Below are positions 20,859-28,527 of a DNA stretch of 64,000 bases, piece by piece. The notes beneath the pieces are model-generated. The model was not told where the DNA came from. It worked only from the letters and a program-made list of their open reading frames with translations, and did not search any database. The position numbers and the translations under genes are program-made. Positions within the stretch are counted from its first letter, which is position 1. Each line of letters begins with the position of its first letter. Where the stretch lies: positions 12,101 through 76,100 of the forward strand of contig CANQAS010000001.1 of NCBI GenBank assembly GCA_947589535.1, in the 5' to 3' direction. Source of the stretch: an uncultured Bacilli bacterium. GTDB lineage: Bacteria > Bacillota_I > Bacilli_A > RF39 > UBA660.

Positions 20859-22149
20859 TCACAACTACTGTAATTCTAGCTGATTTATTATCTGCACCTT
20901 TTACAACAACATAAGTACTTCCCTTTGAAACAGCTCTTATCGTGCCATTTGAAACTGTTGCTACCCTTGTATTTTCACTACTCCAAGAAATACTTTTATT
21001 TGTAGCATTACTTGGAATGTATCCAACAATAATAGTAATGCTTTTGCCTACGGATAAACTAACACTATTTGGAGTTACCGTTAAACCTTGTAATGCTATA
21101 TAATTTGAACTTACTTTAACTGTTCTTGTTTTAGATGCGTAATTTCCATAAGCATCAGTTACTGAATATTTAATAGTATAAGTACCTGCCACATTAGTAT
21201 TAACTGAACCTGATACTGAAACTCTAGATGTTATATCATTTCCAAGTGCATCTCTTGCGGAGTAGCCAGGTTCTTGGTACCAATTACCAACAGATATATT
21301 TATATAGGTATTTCCACTCAAAATAATACTAGGTGGTGTTGTTATTCTTCGAGTTGTAGTTATAACTGGTTTAGTAGTTGTTTTATAACTAGCTTTAGTA
21401 GTACTTTTGGTCGTATTCTTTTTTGTGGTTGTTTTTGTTGTGGTAGTAGCTTCAATAACTTTAACTGTTCTTACATCTTCAGCGGTATTTCCAGCTTTAT
21501 CAGTTACAGTATAAGTTATTTTGTATTCACCAACTTTATTAGGTTCAAGCTTATTTGATGTTTTTATCTTGGATGTTATATCACCATCAATATTATCAGT
21601 TGCTTTTGCACCTTCATCTTTGTATTCTGAACCTTTTTCTATTGTTATCTCTTTTTCTCCTATTATGGTTATAATTGGTTTTTCAGTATCTTTTACTTTT
21701 GTAGTTTTTTTCTTCGTAACAGTCTTTTCTTCTTTATACCCATCAGTTGTATAATATTTTCCGCATTTTATATAAGGTTCATATACAATGGTGTCATTCT
21801 TATATGCATAAACATATCCTTCACATACTTTAGCTGCTACTACTTTATTAGGATCTATTGCACCGCCTGCTTGAATTAGTAAATCATCTAATTTTATCTT
21901 TGTAATCTCACTTGTAAGTTCTTTATTTTTCTGAAGTAAATAAGTTGATGCCTCTTCTTTCATTCTAGTTTCTAAATATTTGAAATCATCAACAGTATAT
22001 TCTGGTTTCCTGCTCTGAATAATATTTAAAATTATTAAGATTATTATAATTAAAACAACTAAGGCTAAAACTGCTAGTATAACCATACCTCTTGTAATTT
22101 TAAACTTTTTTTCTTCTTCAACATAATCTTCTGCATAATTATTATCCAC
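20854..22149 (-). CDS. membrane-anchored surface protein with Ig-like (DUF5011-type and Big_2-type) domains
   Basis: GTG start after AAGGAGGTGA and one N-terminal TM helix. Two DNIDGDITS / DALGNDITS-type Ig-like modules are separated by a Thr/Lys-rich linker. The C-terminus has a Big_2-like LTVTPNSVSLSVGKS...VATVSNGTIRAVSKG. Confidence 0.6.
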   Translation of the reverse strand: MDNNYAEDYVEEEKKFKITRGMVILAVLALVVLIIIILIILNIIQSRKPEYTVDDFKYLETRMKEEASTYLLQKNKELTSEITKIKLDDLLIQAGGAIDPNKVVAAKVCEGYVYAYKNDTIVYEPYIKCGKYYTTDGYKEEKTVTKKKTTKVKDTEKPIITIIGEKEITIEKGSEYKDEGAKATDNIDGDITSKIKTSNKLEPNKVGEYKITYTVTDKAGNTAEDVRTVKVIEATTTTKTTTKKNTTKSTTKASYKTTTKPVITTTRRITTPPSIILSGNTYINISVGNWYQEPGYSARDALGNDITSRVSVSGSVNTNVAGTYTIKYSVTDAYGNYASKTRTVKVSSNYIALQGLTVTPNSVSLSVGKSITIIVGYIPSNATNKSISWSSENTRVATVSNGTIRAVSKGSTYVVVKGADNKSARITVVVK

Positions 22150-22193
22150 AAGAGATCACCTCCTTAGATTAACGTAATACAATTATAACATGA

Positions 22194-22228
22194 TTCTAAA
22201 AAAAACACTAGATTATATTAATCTAGTG
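22194..22228 (-). terminator. strong rho-independent terminator after gap
   Basis: 11-bp perfect stem AACACTAGATT / AATCTAGTGTT with a 5-nt loop, followed on the minus strand by T8. Confidence 0.8.
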
Positions 22229-22230
22229 TT

Positions 22231-23235
22231 TTACTTTGTAACAAAGTATTTTGCAGTTCTAACCATCTGCGCAGAATAACTCATCTCATTATCATACCAA
22301 GCAACTATTTTAACTAATTGCTTACCTTCTACTTCTATAACGTTAGTTAAAAGTCCATCAACTAATGATCCACAGTCAATTCCAATGATATCACTTGATA
22401 CTATTGGATCTTCCGTGTATTTAATTGTTTCGTTTTGATTATTTTTAAATAAGCTATTTAGTTCTTCCTTTGTAACATTTTTACTTAATTCTAAAGTTAA
22501 ATCAATTACTGAACCTGTAGTAACTGGAACACGCATTGCCGTTCCATCTAATTTACCTTTTAGTTCTGGTATTACAAGTCCGATTGCACTAGCAGCTCCT
22601 GTCGATGCTGGTACTATGTTCGCAGCAGCAGCACGACCTCGTCTTGCCATATGTCCTTTTTTATGCGCAACATCTAAAGTTGATTGATCATTTGTATAAG
22701 CGTGAACCGTTGTCATAAATCCTTTTTCGACACCATAATTATCACATAATAATTTCATAACTGGCGCTAAACAATTTGTAGTACAACTAGCAGCACTTAT
22801 AACTTTTTCTTCGCCTGTTAAAACATCATTATTAACATTATAGACGATTGTTTTTAAATCTCCCTTAGCAGGTGCTGAGATAATTACTTTCTTGGCTCCT
22901 GCCTTTATATGACTACTCGCTGAATCTAAACTTGTAAAAAAGCCTGTACACTCAAATACAACATCAACATCTAAATCTCCCCAAGGTAGATTTTCTGGAT
23001 CTTTTTCAGAATATATTCTTATTTTCTTTCCGTTAATTATTATATTTTCATCATCATTAGAAATTTCTTCAGTCTTATATCTTCTGTGAGAAGTATCATA
23101 CTTAAGTAAGTATGCAAGTTGTGATGCATCTGTTAAATCATTTATTGCAACAATATCAAATGTCGGATCATCTTGCATTATTCTAAATACCAATCTACCT
23201 ATTCTACCAAATCCATTTATAGCTACTTTTATCAT
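22231..23235 (-). CDS. gap: glyceraldehyde-3-phosphate dehydrogenase
   Basis: INGFGRIGR NAD-binding motif and ASCTTNCLAP active site. Confidence 0.96.
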   Translation of the reverse strand: MIKVAINGFGRIGRLVFRIMQDDPTFDIVAINDLTDASQLAYLLKYDTSHRRYKTEEISNDDENIIINGKKIRIYSEKDPENLPWGDLDVDVVFECTGFFTSLDSASSHIKAGAKKVIISAPAKGDLKTIVYNVNNDVLTGEEKVISAASCTTNCLAPVMKLLCDNYGVEKGFMTTVHAYTNDQSTLDVAHKKGHMARRGRAAAANIVPASTGAASAIGLVIPELKGKLDGTAMRVPVTTGSVIDLTLELSKNVTKEELNSLFKNNQNETIKYTEDPIVSSDIIGIDCGSLVDGLLTNVIEVEGKQLVKIVAWYDNEMSYSAQMVRTAKYFVTK

Positions 23236-23261
23236 TTTCTTCCTCCTATATTAATATTATA

Positions 23262-24923
23262 TCATTTATATTTTTTAAAACAACTTTGTCCAATAAATTC
23301 CCTTATTATTGAATCGCTTGGAACTTCCTCGCTTGGTATACCAAGTATCATTCTAAATATATTAATTAATCTTTGGGCATTATCATAATTTTTATCTGTT
23401 TCTAATACCGAAAATAATAATGGCTCTGCATAAGTTTTTAAAACCCCTAACTCATATACTAAAGAACTATTAAATATTGCATCTGCTTGTTTTCTATAAG
23501 GTATTATTAAATCTTCCTCAAAGAGTCTTATTTGTTCCCACGTCTTAAGAGTTTCTGAAGCACTTTTACCATTTATTTTATTATTTACTACAATTTCTCT
23601 TAATAATCTATTATCAGTTTCTTTAAATAAATTATGATTATCTATATTCAAAGGTGTAATTGGTGATATATAAATCTTATACTTATTTTTATCCGGAATC
23701 ATTTCGGTTAACTGTTCATTAAACGCATGAATTCCCTCTATAACAATTATTCCATTTGATAGAAGTCTAACTTTATTTTCCTCTTTAAGTTGCTGTTTAC
23801 CTTCCTCGAAATTATATTTTGGTAAAATAACTTCTTTTCCTTCAAGAAGCTCTGATACTTTCTTATTAAATTGATTTGTATCAATCATATCTATCTTTTC
23901 CACCTTAGAATTTCCATCTTCATTTAATACTCTATCTTTTAAATCTAAATAAAAATCAGATATTGATATCAAAATAGGTTCATATCCTTTCCACTTTAAA
24001 TAAGATGTTATCTTTTTGGAAACAGTAGTCTTTCCAGAGGCAGTAGGGCCAGTTAATAATACTAACTTTATGTCTTTATTTTTTGATATGTTATCTGCTA
24101 TATTTAATAGCTGACTATTTTGAATATTTTCAGACATACGTATAACATCGCCATATTCACCAGTTGATATTAACTTGTTAAGATCTGATGAGAAGTTAAT
24201 TTTAATATTTTCTAAATATTTATTCTGAACCTTTATTTCGTCTATTATTTTATCGTTTTTTTCAAATTTTAATTTTTCATCTGATTCATAGCTAATAGGA
24301 GGCAATAAAATAACTTTATTATCATCTATGTATTTTAAATTAAAATTATTTATATAACCAGTTTTACATGGTAAAACACCGTAAAAATAATCTAAAGAGT
24401 CATCCAACCTGTATAAGCTAATTGTAGAATTACTTATGTACCTTAATGATGATGCTTTGTCCTTTTGATTAGTCCTAGAAAAATAATCAATGGCTTCTAC
24501 TCTTGAAACCATTAACTTATTTATAGGTAAATTAGCTTCATTTAATTCACGCATTTTTATTTTAATTTTTTCGACAGTTACTTCCGATATTAAATTATTA
24601 GTTAATAACTCACAATATATTCCTTTACTTACGAAATACATTATTTTAACATCACATTTTAATACTTCTTTTACCGCTTTTACAAATAAAAAGCATAGTC
24701 CTCTTATATACGTTCTTCGTCCTAATATATTAGTAACATCAAAAAAATCTATGGCCGAATCTTTACTTATCTTTTTTTCTAGGGATGTTAATCTATTATC
24801 TACTGTTGCAACTATTATGTCTTTTTTATAATTTTCTTCAAAGTCTTTAGAAACGTCTAACAAACTTACGCCTTGAGCATATTCATATACATTATCTTTA
24901 TAAGTAATTTTTATATTAGCCAT
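23262..24923 (-). CDS. uridine/nucleoside kinase family protein with N-terminal ThrRS-like TGS domain
   Basis: The N-terminal about 60 aa are TGS-like (ITYKDNVYEYAQGVSLLDV). The C-terminal half has the P-loop LLTGPTASGKTT and a uridine-kinase-like layout. Confidence 0.6.
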   Translation of the reverse strand: MANIKITYKDNVYEYAQGVSLLDVSKDFEENYKKDIIVATVDNRLTSLEKKISKDSAIDFFDVTNILGRRTYIRGLCFLFVKAVKEVLKCDVKIMYFVSKGIYCELLTNNLISEVTVEKIKIKMRELNEANLPINKLMVSRVEAIDYFSRTNQKDKASSLRYISNSTISLYRLDDSLDYFYGVLPCKTGYINNFNLKYIDDNKVILLPPISYESDEKLKFEKNDKIIDEIKVQNKYLENIKINFSSDLNKLISTGEYGDVIRMSENIQNSQLLNIADNISKNKDIKLVLLTGPTASGKTTVSKKITSYLKWKGYEPILISISDFYLDLKDRVLNEDGNSKVEKIDMIDTNQFNKKVSELLEGKEVILPKYNFEEGKQQLKEENKVRLLSNGIIVIEGIHAFNEQLTEMIPDKNKYKIYISPITPLNIDNHNLFKETDNRLLREIVVNNKINGKSASETLKTWEQIRLFEEDLIIPYRKQADAIFNSSLVYELGVLKTYAEPLLFSVLETDKNYDNAQRLINIFRMILGIPSEEVPSDSIIREFIGQSCFKKYK

Positions 24924-25032
24924 AACATCACCCTTTTATTCTAATAATATTCTATCAGAAAGTAAGAAAAAAGTCACATTTTTTTACTAATAAATAAAAA
25001 TATGGATCACATAATATTATTAGGTGATAAAA

Positions 25033-25602
25033 ATGAATTTGATTCCAAGTGTCGTAGAAAAAACTCATAATGGAGAAAGAGTATATGATATATACTCAAG
25101 ATTACTCAAAGATAGAATTATATTTATAAGTGGTGAGATTGATGATGATTTAGCTAATTCAGTTATAGGGCAACTTCTTTTTTTAGACTCAAAATCAAAT
25201 GATGACATTTGTTTATATATTAACAGTCCTGGTGGAAGCATAACTGCTGGTATGGCGATATATGATACAATGAATTTTATTAAAAGTGATGTTTCAACAA
25301 TATGCGTTGGTATGGCTGCCTCTATGGCATCTTTATTACTTACTAGTGGTGCTAAAGGCAAGAGATATATATTACCTAATAGTGAGGTTATGATTCATCA
25401 ACCGTTAGGAGGAGTAAATGGACAAGCAACAGAAATAAAGATAGTGGCTGATAGAATTCTTTATTTAAGAAATAAACTAAATTTAATACTTGCAGATAAA
25501 ACAGGAAAAGATATAAGTATAATAGAAAAAGATACAGAAAGAGACCATTATTTAAGTGCTAAAGAAGCCTTAGATTATGGGCTTGTAGATAAAATATTAT
25601 AA
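25033..25602 (+). CDS. clpP: ATP-dependent Clp protease proteolytic subunit
   Basis: Catalytic Ser context GMAASMAS and His context MIHQPLGG. I prefer the ATG at 25033 after AGGTGA over the GTG at 25024. Confidence 0.96.
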   Translation: MNLIPSVVEKTHNGERVYDIYSRLLKDRIIFISGEIDDDLANSVIGQLLFLDSKSNDDICLYINSPGGSITAGMAIYDTMNFIKSDVSTICVGMAASMASLLLTSGAKGKRYILPNSEVMIHQPLGGVNGQATEIKIVADRILYLRNKLNLILADKTGKDISIIEKDTERDHYLSAKEALDYGLVDKIL

Positions 25603-25703
25603 AAAATTAATCAATTTTTGTTTTATCACGGTTTAATGTAAAGTTTCCGTTTTGCTTAAAATTACAAAATTAAATATATTGGACAATTTAATTTATTTAT
25701 AAT

Positions 25704-25743
25704 AAGACACCATATAATAGATTTTGCTATTACATGGTGTCTT
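25704..25743. terminator. bidirectional terminator between the convergent clpP and Nudix genes
   Basis: 10-bp perfect stem AAGACACCAT / ATGGTGTCTT (25704-25713 and 25734-25743), with T/A-rich flanks on both sides. Confidence 0.65.
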
Positions 25744-25762
25744 ATATTTGTATAAAATTTAT

Positions 25763-26191
25763 CTAATTGGTATTAAATACATCTTCGATTGCATCAATAT
25801 TTGTTTTTCTAATCCCATTTTTAAAAATTAAATCATAAATTTCTTTTTTTGAAAGATATGAAACTTTTTCTACTTCATCATCTTCTAATTTTATCATACT
25901 TAAATCAATATCTTTATGGATAATATAAACATCTTTAAAAGCATTTTCGTATTTGTAGGTCTTGAATAATTCAATATCTTTTATTGCAACGTCTATTCTC
26001 ATTTCTTCGATCATTTCCTCGTGAATAGCTTCTATACTAAATTGTCCACTTTTAACATGACCTCCAGGTAAAGCCCAAAAGCCTTTTTTTCTTTGGAAAG
26101 TTTTTTGAACCAGGTAGTTTCCTTTCGAATCTTCTATAAATGCAATACAACTATTGTATATCTTCCTTTTGGAGGAATCGCTTTTTTTCAT
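25763..26191 (-). CDS. Nudix hydrolase (main body; the N-terminal segment is in a different frame, see next feature)
   Basis: Nudix box GGHVKSGQFSIEAIHEEMIEEMRI. There is no SD before the ATG at 26191. Confidence 0.8.
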   Translation of the reverse strand: MKKSDSSKRKIYNSCIAFIEDSKGNYLVQKTFQRKKGFWALPGGHVKSGQFSIEAIHEEMIEEMRIDVAIKDIELFKTYKYENAFKDVYIIHKDIDLSMIKLEDDEVEKVSYLSKKEIYDLIFKNGIRKTNIDAIEDVFNTN

Positions 26192-26259
26192 TTTTTTCTA
26201 AATATTTTTTCACCAGTTAATTTTTTATTTTCATCATATAAATCTGTATATTCTCCCAT
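26188..26259 (-). other. 23-codon ORF encoding the displaced N-terminus of the Nudix hydrolase (frame +1 relative to the body; ATGA overlap)
   Basis: AAGGAG SD lies 8 nt before the ATG at 26259. The peptide MGEYTDLYDENKKLTGEKIFRKK matches the (E/D)xYDxxxxxTG N-termini I remember for this Nudix subgroup. The ORF ends in A7-TGA, overlapping the body ATG. Confidence 0.55.
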
Positions 26260-26435
26260 TTGTTTAAGCTCCTTATATATTTTGTTAACTTTGTGATATA
26301 TTTATGATTTTTAATATTTTTTTATTTATGCTTATCATTTTACTCATTTTCATCAAAAAACAAGGATTAATGTAAATTAAACCTTTTTATTATGAAATTA
26401 TATTATATACTACGTTTTATTATTTTGATAATATT

Positions 26436-26942
26436 CTATTTTTTCTTTTTTACTATAAAAGTTTTAGTACAATCAAATATAAATAAAATTATAAATATTA
26501 TAGTTACCCATATAGGTATTTTCTTAATAAACCCCTCTAATAATGGATTAATAATATATATAAACAAGATGCTAATTGCTCCCCAAACAAGTGTCATTTC
26601 TAAAGATATATAATGTCCTATATGAAACTTTTGTGAAGAATAGTCCCAGAAAACTTCTCCAAATATTTTTTCTATTAAAACTCCACCTAATGCCTCTAGT
26701 GTTGATAAAACAATTGCTACTACAAAAAACATAATAATAGTTTCCCAAAATCTATGCATGTGTAAGTTTTTAAATAAATACTCGGATACAAATAAAATAG
26801 TTACTGCACCTATTCCATAAACTGGTGTCCACCAACCATATAAAAAGCCACTTTTAAAACCATTTTTAGTTATTAATGCAGTAACTGTTTCTAATAAATG
26901 CCCAAGAATGGAGTATATAAAAAAACAATTTAAATAATACAT
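26436..26942 (-). CDS. small polytopic membrane protein (resembles the family annotated as putative ABC-transporter type IV, PF06541)
   Basis: 168 aa with about 5 TM helices. The N-terminus FIYSILGHLLET and WWTPVYGIG resemble that family. Called from memory only. Confidence 0.4.
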   Translation of the reverse strand: MYYLNCFFIYSILGHLLETVTALITKNGFKSGFLYGWWTPVYGIGAVTILFVSEYLFKNLHMHRFWETIIMFFVVAIVLSTLEALGGVLIEKIFGEVFWDYSSQKFHIGHYISLEMTLVWGAISILFIYIINPLLEGFIKKIPIWVTIIFIILFIFDCTKTFIVKKKK

Positions 26943-26993
26943 AATATCACCAGTATTAGTATGTATTATTAAATTATTTTTATGTAAAATTTA

Positions 26994-28394
26994 TTATTTT
27001 ATTATAGACCAAACAGTTCCTTCTCTTGTATCCTTAAGTTCAACGCCTTTATTCAACAAATCATTTCTTATTTGATCGGCCTCATCAAAATTTCTTTTCT
27101 TTTTAGCATCTGCTCTAAGTTTTATTTGTTGTTCAATATATTTAACTAGTTCAGCATCTACAGTTGTTTTTTCTTCTTTTAATAAATCAAGCGATAATAC
27201 TTTATCAAAAGAACCTATTAATGCAATCTTTGTTGCATCATTTAATTTTTCACTTTTTAATACATCATATAAAACCGTTAAACCACTTGAAGTATTCATA
27301 TCATCATTTATACATTCCTTAAATTTATTATTATATAAGTCATATAATTCTTTAGAAACTTCACCAGTATTATTTAACTGTATTACTCTTTGCTTTAACT
27401 TCTTATAAGTCTGTTCTGCATTGTCTAAATTTTCAAATGTGAATATCAATTGTTTGCGGTAATGAGATTGTAAACACATTAATCTATAAGATAATGGATT
27501 ATAACCTTTTTTTTCTAATAATGAAACAGTTAAAAAGTCTCCATTACTTTTACTCATCTTTCCATTTTTATCATTTAAATGTTCACAATGCACCCAGTAA
27601 TTACACCACTTATGCCCCAAATATGCTTCACTTTGTGCAATCTCATTAGTATGATGAGGAAAAATATTATCAACCCCACCGCAGTGTATATCAAGGTATT
27701 CTCCGCAGTGCTTCATACTTATACAAGAACACTCTATATGCCACCCTGGATATCCAAGTCCCCAAGGAGAATCCCATTTTAATTCTTGATCTTCAAATTT
27801 TGATTTAGTAAACCATAGAACAAAATCTGCTTGATTACGTTTGCTATCATCATATTCAACACCGTCTCTAACTCCTACAACCATATCATCTTCTTTATGA
27901 TTAGTTAAAATATAATAATCATCTAGCTTAGAAGTATCAAAATAAACATTACCACCAGATATATATGCAAAATTTTTTTTAAGCAAATCTTTTATTAAGT
28001 TAATGTATTCAGGTATTAAATTAGTAGCAGGTTCAATTGTTTCTGGTCTTTTAATATTTAATTTTTTAAAATCTTCTAAAAATGCATCAGTATAAAATTT
28101 AGCAATATCTAAAACAGTCTTTTTTTGCTTTTTAGCACTACTAACCATCTTGTCTTCCCCAGAATCTGAATCACTACTTAAATGTCCTACGTCAGTAATA
28201 TTCATTACTCTGTTTACCTTATACCCATTATAAATAAGAGTTTTTTCTAGTATATCTTCCATTATATAACTTCTTAAATTTCCTATGTGAGCATAGTGAT
28301 ATACCGTTGGTCCACAAGTATACATATTAACCTTATTTTCATCGTTTGGAATAAATTCTTCTATTTTTTTTGTTAACGTATTATATATTTTCAT
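26994..28394 (-). CDS. cysS: cysteine--tRNA ligase
   Basis: HIGN (HIGH-type) and KMSKS motifs, plus the zinc-site WHIECS. Confidence 0.96.
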   Translation of the reverse strand: MKIYNTLTKKIEEFIPNDENKVNMYTCGPTVYHYAHIGNLRSYIMEDILEKTLIYNGYKVNRVMNITDVGHLSSDSDSGEDKMVSSAKKQKKTVLDIAKFYTDAFLEDFKKLNIKRPETIEPATNLIPEYINLIKDLLKKNFAYISGGNVYFDTSKLDDYYILTNHKEDDMVVGVRDGVEYDDSKRNQADFVLWFTKSKFEDQELKWDSPWGLGYPGWHIECSCISMKHCGEYLDIHCGGVDNIFPHHTNEIAQSEAYLGHKWCNYWVHCEHLNDKNGKMSKSNGDFLTVSLLEKKGYNPLSYRLMCLQSHYRKQLIFTFENLDNAEQTYKKLKQRVIQLNNTGEVSKELYDLYNNKFKECINDDMNTSSGLTVLYDVLKSEKLNDATKIALIGSFDKVLSLDLLKEEKTTVDAELVKYIEQQIKLRADAKKKRNFDEADQIRNDLLNKGVELKDTREGTVWSIIK

Positions 28395-28527
28395 TTTTGT
28401 AACCTACCTTCTTTTATTTTCACTTTATAATTTGGTAGAAGCAACATCGTTTTAAATTATTAATCACTAACATCACGCTCTTTCAATATAAATATATTAT
28501 ACAACAAAAGAAAAAAGAAGCAAAGGG

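Noticed and set aside
22142-22150. Exact DnaA-box 9-mers: TTATCCACA at 22142-22150, and its complement at 46314-46322.
   Set aside because: These are isolated single boxes, one at a gene start and one inside a gene. There is no cluster, no AT-rich unwinding element context, and no strand-bias switch, so this is not an origin.
24924-25032. CtsR operator (GGTCAAANANGGTCAAA) upstream of clpP. I also looked upstream of the ClpC-like gene (30772-30859).
   Set aside because: No GGTCAAA direct repeat is present in either region.
26260-26435. 22-codon minus-strand ORF (MKMSKMISINKKILKIINISQS) upstream of the Nudix gene.
   Set aside because: It has no SD and a low-complexity AT-driven sequence. It most likely lies within the promoter region.
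28395-28527. Possible T-box or other riboswitch leader upstream of cysS.
   Set aside because: The region is only about 130 nt, and part of that is the terminator of the upstream gene plus a promoter. I could find no T-box sequence (AANNNGGTGGNACCGCG) or specifier-loop architecture.
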